The notes beneath the pieces were generated by a model. It did no database searches and was not told where the DNA came from. It worked only from the letters and a program-made list of their open reading frames with translations. From Chthoniobacteraceae bacterium (GTDB taxonomy: Bacteria; Verrucomicrobiota; Verrucomicrobiia; Chthoniobacterales; Chthoniobacteraceae), in contig JBEBGD010000001.1 of assembly GCA_040081625.1 (NCBI GenBank), positions 64,001 to 128,000 of the forward strand: DNA of 64,000 nucleotides. Reading direction: 5' to 3'. Of this stretch, positions 37,348-47,300 are shown in pieces; the stretch's first letter is position 1; the number at the start of each line of letters is the position of its first letter. The translations under genes and the position numbers were made by a program.

Positions 37348-39384
37348 ATGCGCATCGTATTCGTTGTCATCGCCGCAGTGTTCACGCCCTTCGCGCGCGC
37401 GGAGTCGCCCCGGGCCAAGGCAATGGCTGCGACCGTCGCGGTCTCGCCGCTCGCGGCGAAGACCGCACCGACGATCGCGTCGAAGGAGAACCACGGACCG
37501 GTTCAGCTCGCAAAAGATGCCGCGCCGGGTGCCGTGAATGGAAAGCACTACGATCTCATCGTCGTCGGCGGCACGGCGGGCGGCGTCGTGTGCGCGGTGC
37601 GCGCCGCGCGCGAGGGTTGTTCGGTCCTGCTTGTGCAGCACAATCGCCACCTCGGTGGAATGCTCGCGAACGGGCTGATGCAATGGGACGCGCTCTATGG
37701 CGGGCCGCGCGCGCCGCTGTTCACCGAGCTGCTGGCGAACATCGAGAAGCACTACGTCGCGACATTCGGCGAGAACTCGCACGATCATCAAACGATGCGC
37801 TTCACGCATGAGCATTACCCGGTGGGCTGGGTGGAACCGCACGTGATGGAGCGGGAGTGCAACCGGCTCGTCGCGGGCGAGCGGAACATCACGCTGCTGC
37901 TCTCGCATTATCCGGGCGCTGTCGAACGCGACGGTGCGATGCTCAAGTCGGTGACGCTGCGCGAGTATGGAACGACCAGGGACGTCCAGGCGACTGCGAC
38001 GATGTTTGCTGACGCCACGTATGAAGGCGATCTCTTCGCGCTTGCGAAGGTGCCGTATCGCGTCGGGCGCGAAGCGCGCGACGAGTTCAACGAGCCGCAC
38101 GCGGGAAAAATCTTCTGCAATGTCGGTGGCGGCGCCGCGCCGCGCGATGCGGTCGATGGCCGGCTGAACATCCGCGCCTACGGGCAGAGTCAGGGTGAAA
38201 TCGATCCGACGAGTCCGTTTACCGCCGACGGTGCGGTGCAGGCTTTCAACTACCGTTTCTGCGTTTCCAAGGATCCCGCTAACCGTGTGCTGCCGGCCAG
38301 GCCTGCAAACTACAACCGCGACGAATATGTGAACTACAACCGCAAAGGAATCGCGACGAATGCGGGGCCGAATCTCAAGTCGCACATGAACTCGCCGATC
38401 CTGCCGGGCGAGAATTACGCGTATCCCGACGCGTCGTGGCCGGAGCGCGAGAAGATCATCGCGCGGCATCGCGACTTCGCACTCGGACTGATATGGTTCC
38501 TGCAGAACGACGAATCAGTGAGCGAGGCGAAGCGCGCGGGGTTTCGCGAGTGGGGGCTCGCGAAGGATGAATTCACCGACAACGAACACATCCCCTACGA
38601 AATGTATGTGCGCGAGGCGCGGCGCATCGTGGGCCGGCACGTCTTCACCGAGCACGACAACTCGCTCGCTCCGGGCCTCGCGCGCACACCGATCATGCCC
38701 GACAGCGTCGCGGTTACCGATTGGTATATGGACTCGCACGCCTGCACCACCGAGTCGCGCCCCGGCTTCCACTACGACGGCAAGCTGATCCTCACCGAGG
38801 AGTCGCGTCCCGCGCAGATCCCGTATCGCGCGTTGCTGCCGCAAGGGGTGGACAATCTGCTCGTGCCCGTGTGCCTCTCGGCGACGCACGTCGCGTGGGG
38901 CGCGGTGCGCCTCGAACCCGTTTGGATGCAGACGGGTGAAGCGGCGGGGTTGGCCGCGGCGCTGGCGAGGAAGAACGGAACTACTCCCGCGCAGATCGAC
39001 GTGCGTGCGCTGGTGCGCGAGTTGTGCCGACGACGGCACCTCGTCAGTTTTTTCAACGACGTCAAAGTGGACGAGGCTGCCGAATGGATTCCCGCCGCGG
39101 AGTATTTCGGGACGCTCGGCCTCTTTGCGGGCTACGACGTGCGCGCCGCCGAGCCGTTGAAGCGCGAGACGGCACGTGTGTGGGTGGAGGCGCATGCGGG
39201 GAAACGCGATCCGCTCGTGACGGCGAGGCAGGTGGCCACGGCCGAGCGGAGCGCGCCAGGCATTTCCAACTCCGAGTTTGCCCGGTTGATCGGCGCCACG
39301 CCGGCCGCTGCCGGCGACGCGACAATCACTCGTGGTGAAGCACTCTCGGCTTTGTGGGCCACGGTAAACGCGAACACGAAATGA
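37348..39384 (+). CDS. Secreted FAD-dependent oxidoreductase (FAD_oxidored family)
   Basis: VVGGTAGG..AV.AAREG, DATYEGDL, YVREARR, IPYRALLP, SATHVA.GAVRLEP.WM. Confidence 0.88.
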   Translation: MRIVFVVIAAVFTPFARAESPRAKAMAATVAVSPLAAKTAPTIASKENHGPVQLAKDAAPGAVNGKHYDLIVVGGTAGGVVCAVRAAREGCSVLLVQHNRHLGGMLANGLMQWDALYGGPRAPLFTELLANIEKHYVATFGENSHDHQTMRFTHEHYPVGWVEPHVMERECNRLVAGERNITLLLSHYPGAVERDGAMLKSVTLREYGTTRDVQATATMFADATYEGDLFALAKVPYRVGREARDEFNEPHAGKIFCNVGGGAAPRDAVDGRLNIRAYGQSQGEIDPTSPFTADGAVQAFNYRFCVSKDPANRVLPARPANYNRDEYVNYNRKGIATNAGPNLKSHMNSPILPGENYAYPDASWPEREKIIARHRDFALGLIWFLQNDESVSEAKRAGFREWGLAKDEFTDNEHIPYEMYVREARRIVGRHVFTEHDNSLAPGLARTPIMPDSVAVTDWYMDSHACTTESRPGFHYDGKLILTEESRPAQIPYRALLPQGVDNLLVPVCLSATHVAWGAVRLEPVWMQTGEAAGLAAALARKNGTTPAQIDVRALVRELCRRRHLVSFFNDVKVDEAAEWIPAAEYFGTLGLFAGYDVRAAEPLKRETARVWVEAHAGKRDPLVTARQVATAERSAPGISNSEFARLIGATPAAAGDATITRGEALSALWATVNANTK

Positions 39385-40535
39385 GGCCCGCACTTCTCTC
39401 CCTGCTGGCCGCGTCTGTCGCCATCGCTGCCGACGACTCCCTCGCCCCGTGGCGCGGCGGCGTCGCGATTCGCGAGGTTTCGCCAGGCGCGAACGCGCAC
39501 ACAATTCACTCCTACTTCAACACGTGCCCCGAAAGTCCCGACGGCACGCGAGTGCTCCTCTACAAGTCCACGACGCCGGATGCGCATCACGGCGAAGTGA
39601 GCATCCGCGATCGTGCGAGCGGCGACGAGCACGTGATCGCGCGCGACATCCATGTCGAGGACGCGCATCGCGTCGCGTGTCAGCAGTGGGCGTCGAATGG
39701 GCGGCGCGTTGTCTTTCACGGGCAGCGCGACGAGCGGTGGTTCGTGGCGGTTGTCGATCTCGACACCGGCGCAGAGCGCATCCTCGCCCGCGACCGTCTC
39801 GCGGCGTGGGGACAGCCGAACGCGGACTTCGTGCCGATCTACGGTCTGCACTGGAATCCGGGCGCGCATCGCGATCTGGAACTCGTGAATCTCGAGACGG
39901 GCGAGATCAGGACGGCGCTCACCGCGAACGCGGTGAAGGCCGCGTATCCCGCGTGGTTCGTGAAGGCTTTCGGCGACAAGCCGGTGTCGATTTTCTTTCC
40001 GGTGCTCTCGCCGGATTCGTCGCGCGTGTTTTTCAAGATGGCGTCGGCGAGCGGTGGCGATGCGCGGAGCAAGGCGGCGAGCCAGCGGGAGGGCCTCGTC
40101 TGCTACAGCCTCGCTGAGCAACGCTTTCTCTACTTGCGCGAGAAATGGGGGCATCCGTCGTGGCACCCCGACGGGCGCACGATCGTCGAAGTCGGCTTCA
40201 CGCACTTCGACAGCAACGACGGCGCTTACAAACGCTTGCCGGGTTTGCCCGCGGTGCGCGGCGATCATCCGTCGGCGAGCCCGGATGGAAAATTGATCGT
40301 CACCGACACGACGCTTGAGAAATTTGGCGGCACCGAGAAGGAGTGGGGCGTGGTCGTCGCCGATGCGCGTGGGAATGACTACGTGATCATCCATCGCTTC
40401 GACAATTCGCACGGCGCGAAATCGTGGCGCGTATCGCATCCGCACCCGGTCTTCAGCGCGGACGGGAAGCGGATCTATTTCAACGTGAGCAGCGGGCGGT
40501 GGACGACGCTGCACATCGCCGAGGCCGCGCGTTAA
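39381..40535 (+). CDS. Secreted TolB/oligogalacturonate-lyase-like beta-propeller protein
   Basis: Signal peptide, SPDG repeats, HPHPVFS.DGKRIYFN; ATGA overlap with the upstream gene. Confidence 0.75.
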   Translation: MRPALLSLLAASVAIAADDSLAPWRGGVAIREVSPGANAHTIHSYFNTCPESPDGTRVLLYKSTTPDAHHGEVSIRDRASGDEHVIARDIHVEDAHRVACQQWASNGRRVVFHGQRDERWFVAVVDLDTGAERILARDRLAAWGQPNADFVPIYGLHWNPGAHRDLELVNLETGEIRTALTANAVKAAYPAWFVKAFGDKPVSIFFPVLSPDSSRVFFKMASASGGDARSKAASQREGLVCYSLAEQRFLYLREKWGHPSWHPDGRTIVEVGFTHFDSNDGAYKRLPGLPAVRGDHPSASPDGKLIVTDTTLEKFGGTEKEWGVVVADARGNDYVIIHRFDNSHGAKSWRVSHPHPVFSADGKRIYFNVSSGRWTTLHIAEAAR

Positions 40536-41419
40536 TCCACGTGCTTCGGCGCGCGGATGGTGCCGGCGGCGAGGTCGCTCGCGCGGCGCTGCACGATGCG
40601 GTCGGCGACTTCGTGGACCATCTGCTCGAGCAGGCAGCGCAGGTGCGAGCCGGCGCGGAAATCCGCGGGCGCGATGTGCTTCACGCGATCGGCGTGCGTG
40701 CTGAGTTGGTAGCACTTCTTGAAGGACGAGCGCGACGGGTCGTCGGGGTTATAGACCGCGATCGCCTGGCCGCCGTGCTGGCGCACGACCGTGAAGCACG
40801 GCACGTCCGTCGGGCCGTCGCCGACGTAGATCATGTGCTCGAACGGCACGGGTCGCAGTTCAACGGGCATGTGGTCGTTCACGTCCTGCGAGTAGTCGAG
40901 CATGCCCTTGTTGATGCGGAAAAGGAACTGCGTCTTCTGCGTGTGCGAGATCACGCGGCGCGGGAAAGTGATCCGTCCGTCGCGGTCCTCGGCGAATTCG
41001 CAGCCGAAGATCGCCTTCACATGCGGCGCGATGCGTGAGCCGTCGATCAACGCCTTGAGCCCGCTCGATACGATGTAGTGCTCGACCTTGATGCCGTGGA
41101 CCTGGTGTTCGGTGGAGAGCAGGCCTTCGCGGAACTCATCGAACATCCCGGGCAATCCCGGAAAGAATTTCAGCCCCGCGCCGAGCGCCTGCAGCTCGGA
41201 GTTCTTCGGGCGATCCATGTCGAGGTAATCGAGCAGCGCCTTCATGTAGGCGAGTTCGTTGTCGTAGCCGTCGTCCTTCACGAGCGCGTGGCACCTGCTC
41301 CAAAACTTCTTCGCGTCGATGCCGAACTTCGGGAAGAGCACCTCGTCCTGCATGTAGTTGGGCGAGAGGGTCTGGTCGTAGTCGAAGACGATCGCGACGG
41401 TGGTTTGCGGGACGGACAT
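40532..41419 (-). CDS. HAD family hydrolase
   Basis: FDYDQTL motif I, VSSG motif II, YVGDGPTDVPC motif IV. Confidence 0.9.
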   Translation of the reverse strand: MSVPQTTVAIVFDYDQTLSPNYMQDEVLFPKFGIDAKKFWSRCHALVKDDGYDNELAYMKALLDYLDMDRPKNSELQALGAGLKFFPGLPGMFDEFREGLLSTEHQVHGIKVEHYIVSSGLKALIDGSRIAPHVKAIFGCEFAEDRDGRITFPRRVISHTQKTQFLFRINKGMLDYSQDVNDHMPVELRPVPFEHMIYVGDGPTDVPCFTVVRQHGGQAIAVYNPDDPSRSSFKKCYQLSTHADRVKHIAPADFRAGSHLRCLLEQMVHEVADRIVQRRASDLAAGTIRAPKHVD

Positions 41420-41515
41420 GGCGTGCAGCGTGGCGGACAGGAACTCGCGCGCAAGCGCGAAGCGGTGGGTGTGTCTTCGTTGACCGGCGGCGGACTCCGT
41501 GATGCGATCGCTGCA

Positions 41516-42586
41516 ATGTCACCGTCACTCCGCATCGTCGCCTTTCTCGCGCTCGCCGCCGCTGTGCACGCGGAGTCGCTGCTCGTGCCGCGCGTCGTCG
41601 GCGATTGGCAGCCGCGCGATCCTGCGCTCGCTGTCCAGGAGGTCGCGGAGGTCGAGCCGGGGCACTTCTATTTGTTCCGCGCGCAGACCGATCCAAAGCA
41701 GCCGGGCACGCGCGTGTATCATTCGACCGACGCGAAGGACTTCGGCTTCGCGGGCAAATTCGCGGACGCGCTGCACTTCATCACCGCTTTGCCGCTCGAT
41801 GGTGCAAAGGTCGCGCAGCGGGATGGACAGTGGTTCGTCGTGCAAGGCGAGCGCGCGGCCCGGCTGGAGTGGACGCCCGTCCCGAATCCAGTTACCGCGA
41901 CCTCGCGGAAGCCCGGCATCGCCATCCGCGTCGCGCTCTTCGACGACAGCGGCAGCTTCGGCAAAGGAGTGCCCACGGTTATCGACCAACTCTCGAAGGC
42001 GAAGGACATCGAGGTGGCCAAGCTCGACGGCGACGGCATCCGCGCAGGGTTGAGCGGCTACGATGTGGTGATCTTCACCGGCGGCAGCGGCGGGAAGCAG
42101 GCGAACACCATCGGCCTGCTCGGGCGCGAGCAGGTGCGGCGATTTGTCGAGGCGGGCGGCGGTTACATCGGGATCTGCGCGGGTGCGTATCTCGCGTGCG
42201 ATGGCTTCTCGTGGGGCGTGAAGGTGCTCGACGCGAAAACGCCATCATCGAAGTGGGCGCGCGGGACCGCGGATCTGGAGATCGAGGCGAACGATGCGGG
42301 GCAGAAAGCGCTCGGTCTTCAGCGGACGAGCACGATCCGCTACGTGAACGGTCCGGTGCTTACGCCCGCAAACAACCCGGCGATCCCGGACTACGAGCCG
42401 CTCGTCTTTTTCCGCACCGAGACGGCGAAGAACGGCAGCCTCGTGGGCGCGCAGATCGACACGCCCGCGATGGCACGCGGTGCCTGCGGAAAGGGACGCG
42501 TGATCGTGAGCAGCCCGCACCCCGAGCAGACTGCCGGGATGGAGCGCTGGACCGAGCACGCGGTGCGGGCCGTGGCACCGCGCTGA
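41516..42586 (+). CDS. Secreted BPL-N / class I glutamine-amidotransferase-like protein with an extra N-terminal segment
   Basis: Signal peptide; F.GGSG..Q, GGGYIGICAGAY (nucleophile Cys), SPHPE (His-Glu). Confidence 0.8.
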   Translation: MSPSLRIVAFLALAAAVHAESLLVPRVVGDWQPRDPALAVQEVAEVEPGHFYLFRAQTDPKQPGTRVYHSTDAKDFGFAGKFADALHFITALPLDGAKVAQRDGQWFVVQGERAARLEWTPVPNPVTATSRKPGIAIRVALFDDSGSFGKGVPTVIDQLSKAKDIEVAKLDGDGIRAGLSGYDVVIFTGGSGGKQANTIGLLGREQVRRFVEAGGGYIGICAGAYLACDGFSWGVKVLDAKTPSSKWARGTADLEIEANDAGQKALGLQRTSTIRYVNGPVLTPANNPAIPDYEPLVFFRTETAKNGSLVGAQIDTPAMARGACGKGRVIVSSPHPEQTAGMERWTEHAVRAVAPR

Positions 42587-42589
42587 CGC

Positions 42590-43450
42590 TCACCGTGCCT
42601 TCGCGGTGCTGCGGTAATCCGAGGGCCGGCAGCCGGTGAAGCGTTTGAAGTTGTGCGAAAAGGTGAAGAGGCTCGCGTAGCCGACGGCGCGCGCGATGGC
42701 CTCCACCTTGTCCTGAGTGGTGGTGAGCAGCGTGGCGGCGCATTGCAGGCGCAGCCAGGCGACGTGCTGCACGGGAGTCCGCCCGAGAGATTGCTGGCAG
42801 AGACGGCGGAAATGTTTCGCGCTCATGCCGGACTGCGCGGCGAGCTTGGCCAGCGACCAGTCGGCGGCGAGATTCTGCATCACCGCCTGCCACACCTCGC
42901 GCAGGCGGTCATCCGTGCGCCACGGCGCGGCGAAAGTTCGCGCGTAGTGCTGGATGAGATCGGTCCACATTTGAATCGCGGCGGGCGAAGCGGTCCCGCT
43001 GGCTTCCGCGTGCAGGCCTTCGATCGCGGCGGTCAGCGGGGCGCCGTCGAAGGCCGCCAGCACGGGCGCGCGCGCGTTCACGATGGGCAGCGTCCCGTCC
43101 GGTTCCTGGTAGCGCACCCACGCGATGCGCCACGCCTTGCGCGGCACCGCGCGATAAGCGTGAAACGCGTGCGGCGGCGCGAGGCACGCCATGCCCGCGC
43201 GCATCGGACGCCATTCGCTTTCCAGCCACACGCGGCCCTCGCCGTGCGTGCAGGCCATCACGAATGTGCCGCTCAGATCGGGCCGCTTCACGCTGTAAGG
43301 ATGCGTCACCACCGCCACGCCGACGTGAACGATCCCATGCCGTGCGAGCGACGCGCAGACCGGCGCGTCCGCCAGCCAGTCGCGCGCATCCGCCTCGCTC
43401 GCGCGCACCACGCGCTCGGTCGATTCGGATAAATGGATGTCCCTTTTCAT
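42590..43450 (-). CDS. AraC family transcriptional regulator
   Basis: N-terminal cupin-like domain; C-terminal double HTH (W.LAKLA...MS...F.R; IA..VGY.....FS..FK...G.PS.YR). Confidence 0.9.
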   Translation of the reverse strand: MKRDIHLSESTERVVRASEADARDWLADAPVCASLARHGIVHVGVAVVTHPYSVKRPDLSGTFVMACTHGEGRVWLESEWRPMRAGMACLAPPHAFHAYRAVPRKAWRIAWVRYQEPDGTLPIVNARAPVLAAFDGAPLTAAIEGLHAEASGTASPAAIQMWTDLIQHYARTFAAPWRTDDRLREVWQAVMQNLAADWSLAKLAAQSGMSAKHFRRLCQQSLGRTPVQHVAWLRLQCAATLLTTTQDKVEAIARAVGYASLFTFSHNFKRFTGCRPSDYRSTAKAR

Positions 43451-43506
43451 GGCTCGGTGTTTGTTCGTGGCGGTGCGGCTGCGGGGTAACATCACAACCA
43501 TCCGCA

Positions 43507-44358
43507 ATGCAACCCACCGACACACCATCGCTCCGTGCTACGATCCTCCAACGCCTGCGCGACAAAGTCGAACGCGGCCAGCCCATCATCGGCGCGGGCG
43601 CGGGCACCGGCCTCTCCGCGAAGTGCGAGGAGGCGGGCGGCGTGGATCTCATCGTGATCTATAATTCCGGCCGCTTCCGCATGGCCGGTCGCGGATCCCT
43701 CGCGGGCCTGCTCGCGTATGGCAACGCGAACGAAATCGTGAAGGACATGGCGCGCGAAGTCCTCACCGCCGTGAAGCACACGCCAGTGCTCGCCGGCGTG
43801 AACGGCACCGACCCGTTCCTGCTGCGCGACCATTTTCTGCGCGAGTTGAAGGCGCTCGGCTTCGCGGGCATCCAGAATTTTCCGACCGTCGGCCTCATCG
43901 ACGGCAGCTTCCGCGCGAACCTCGAAGAGACCGGCATGAGTTATCAGCTCGAAGTGGAAACGATCGCCGCCGCGCGCGCGATGGACCTGCTCACGACGCC
44001 TTACGTTTTCAACACGGACGAGGCGCGGCGAATGACCGAAGCCGGCGCCGACATCATCGTCGCGCACATGGGCCTCACCACCGGCGGGAACATCGGGGCA
44101 GAGACCGCGAAGACGCTCGAAGATTGCGCGCACGAAGTGCAGGCGATCGCCGACGCCGCGAAGTCGCTGCGCCCCGAGGCGCTCGTCCTCTGCCACGGCG
44201 GCCCCATCGCCACGCCGAAGGACGCGCAGTTCATCCTCGATCGCTGCCGCGGTGTGGATGGCTTCTACGGCGCGAGTTCGATGGAGCGCCTGCCGACGGA
44301 AATGGCGCTGACCGCCGAGGTGCGGCAGTTCGCTGCGCTGCGCCTGCAAAACCACTAA
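43507..44358 (+). CDS. Phosphoenolpyruvate-hydrolase-like TIM-barrel protein (Tm-1 C-terminal type)
   Basis: [49 protein letters not shown]. Confidence 0.9.
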   Translation: MQPTDTPSLRATILQRLRDKVERGQPIIGAGAGTGLSAKCEEAGGVDLIVIYNSGRFRMAGRGSLAGLLAYGNANEIVKDMAREVLTAVKHTPVLAGVNGTDPFLLRDHFLRELKALGFAGIQNFPTVGLIDGSFRANLEETGMSYQLEVETIAAARAMDLLTTPYVFNTDEARRMTEAGADIIVAHMGLTTGGNIGAETAKTLEDCAHEVQAIADAAKSLRPEALVLCHGGPIATPKDAQFILDRCRGVDGFYGASSMERLPTEMALTAEVRQFAALRLQNH

Positions 44359-44363
44359 CCGCC

Positions 44364-47300
44364 ATGACTTCGCGAATCGCATTTCTTCTCAGCCTGTTTG
44401 CAGCCACTCAGCTTGCTCGTGCGGTCGAGCCTTGGGCGGATGCCGCGCTCCCGGTCAAAGGCGGCATCGCGTTGTGGCTCGATACAGCGGCGCAGAAGGC
44501 GGGACGCGCCACGCTCGGCCTGCCCGCGGCGGATTCGCGGCAGACCGATGTGTGGCTCGACGGCTCCGGCCACGCGCGCCATGCGCGTCAGCCGGTCGCG
44601 GAGCGTCGCCCGGTGATGGAAAGCGGCGCGCTGCGTTTCGATGGAGTGGACGACTTTCTTTTCGCGGATGGTTTGACGAAGGCGGACGCGGCGACGGTCT
44701 TCATCGTCGCCGCGGCCCGCACGAACGCGGGCCAATTTCGCGCGCTAGCTTCGTTTCATCCACTTGGCCGCAACGACTACTCGCGCGGCTTGAACATCGA
44801 TCTCGGCGCCGCACCGACGAGCACGCTGGACTGCGTGAACATCGAAGGCGCCGGTGCGCGCGGTCAGCGGAACCTGCTCGGCACACGCTTCGACTTCGGC
44901 ACGTGGCATGTCTTCGCGATCCGCGCGGATGCCGCGGACGTGCAGCTCTCCGTGGATGGGAAACGCGAAGGCACGCGCGCACGGCAACCCGGCGCGATGC
45001 AGTTCGACGAGGTGCTCATCGGTGCGCGCTGCTACTCGAACGAAGGGCTGCCACCACGCGCGCAGGGATTCTTCGACGGCCACATCGCGGAAGTCATCGC
45101 GTTCGACCGCGCGGTCAGCGGCGACGAGCAGGCGAAAGTCGAGCGCTATCTCATCGCGAAGCACGCGCAGCACGCCACGAAACCCATCGGGGGCACGAAA
45201 CCGCTGCAACCGGTCGCGAATCCGCCGCCCGTGCAGATGCTCGTGCCGGGCTTCGAGGTGAAGGAAGCGCCTCTCAAGCTGCCGAACATCAACAACCTCC
45301 GCTACCGCCCCGACGGCAAACTCGTCGCGCTCGGCTACGACGGCCGCATCCATCTGCTCAGCGACACGGACGGCGATGGAATCGAGGACAAGGCTGCGCT
45401 GTTTTGGGAGAAGGACACGCTGCGCGGGCCGATCGGGATGGCGCTGACGCCTCCGGGCTACACACGCGGCCAGGGCGTCTTCGTCGCGTCGAACGGCAAG
45501 CTCGCGCTCATCGTGGACACGAACGGCGACGACCGCGCCGACGAGGAGATCGTGGTCGCGAGTGGGTGGACGGAACTCTCGCACCGCGTCGATGCGCTCG
45601 GCGTGGCGGTGGCGGCGGACGGCAGCATCTATTTCGGCCTCGGTGCGGCCAACTTCACCAACGCCTACCTGCTCGATCCGCAGGGCAAGGCGAACTACGA
45701 CGTGCGTTCCGAGCGTGGCACGATCCTCAAGGTGTCGCCCGACTTCTCGAAGCGCGATGTCGTCTGCACCGGCATTCGTTTTCCCGTCGGCCTCGTGTTC
45801 AACTCGCGCGGCGATTTGTTCTGCACCGACCAGGAAGGCGCGACGTGGCTGCCGAATGGGAACCCGTTCGACGAGTTGCTGCACATCGAGCCGGCGAGGC
45901 ACTACGGCTTCCCGCCGCGACATCCGCAACACCTGACGGGTGTGATCGACGAGCCGAGCGTTTTCGACTTCGCGCCGCAGCACCAAAGTGCGTGCGGATT
46001 TTTCTTCAACGAAGGCGCGCGCACGTTCGGCCCCGAGTGGTGGAAGGGCGATGCATTGGTCTGCGGCGAGTCGCGCGGGAAGCTCTGGCGCGTGAAGCTC
46101 GCGAAGACGCGCGCGGGCTACGTCGCGCAGTCGCAACTCGTGGCGTGTCTCGCGTCGCTGCCGGTCGATGCGGCGCTGTCACCGCGCGGCGATCTCGTGG
46201 TGGCATCGCACAGCGGCGCGCCGGATTGGGGCAGCGGGCCGCGCGGCGAAGGGCGGCTCTTTCACGTCCGCCGCGCGGACGCGGAAGCGCCGCTACCGGT
46301 GCTCGCGTGGGCCGCATCGCCGTCGGAGATTCGCGTCGCGTTCGATCGTCCGCTGAAGCCGGAGCAGCTCCGCGATTTCAGCGCGCGCGCCGATGCGACC
46401 GATGGGCGCCATGTGTTCGCCGCGGATCGTTACGAGTCGCTGCGTCCGGGTTATCAAGTGGTGAGGGATCAACTTGCCGCGCCGCGCTTCGGCGTGCCGA
46501 TCCTCGGAACCAGCCTTTCGCAAGACGGACGCACGCTCACGATCCGCACCGCGCCGCGCACGTCTGCGCTCAACTGCGCGCTGACGCTGCCGGCTGGCGG
46601 CGAAGTGGACATCGCGAGCGATCTCTCCGGGCTCGCTGCGGAGTGGAGCGGACGTGACGGCGCGAAATGGAACGGCTGGCTGCCGCACATCGACACGGAT
46701 GCTGCGCGCGAGTTCACCACAGCGAGCGCGGAGCACGATGCGCTGTGGCGAATGATGGCGGGCGAAGGCCGGCTCACGTTGCGCGGTCAGTTCGATCTCG
46801 CGCAAATGCTGCGGCCCGCCGTGCAGTCCGGCGCGCAACTCGGATACAACTACGCGCCGGAGACGGTGAGCGTGGTCTTCAGCGCCCGCGCGTCGTTTCA
46901 CGCGACGCTCGCGGGCAAACGCATCGAGTCCGTGCCGAAGGATGGACGACATGAGGCGCGCATCGAGGCTCCGAAGGAAAGCGCGTGGGTGCCGTTCGAG
47001 ATCGAATCCAACGCCGCTGCGCCGGAAGTCAGCGCGCACTGGTTCACCGCGGAAGACAGCCGGCCTCGCGCGTTCGCGCTGCGGCGAATCCTCGTGCCGT
47101 GGGCGTGTCCCGCAGACTCGCCCGCGGTGAGCGTGACCGAAGTCGAGCGCGACATCCCGGAAATCCGCGGCGGCAACTGGCTGCGCGGGAAGGCGCTATT
47201 TTCCGGCAAGGCGCTGTGCGCATCGTGCCACGTCATGCACGGCGCCGGCGGCAAGGCCGGGCCGGATCTCTCGAACCTCGCGCACCGCGATTACGCGAGT

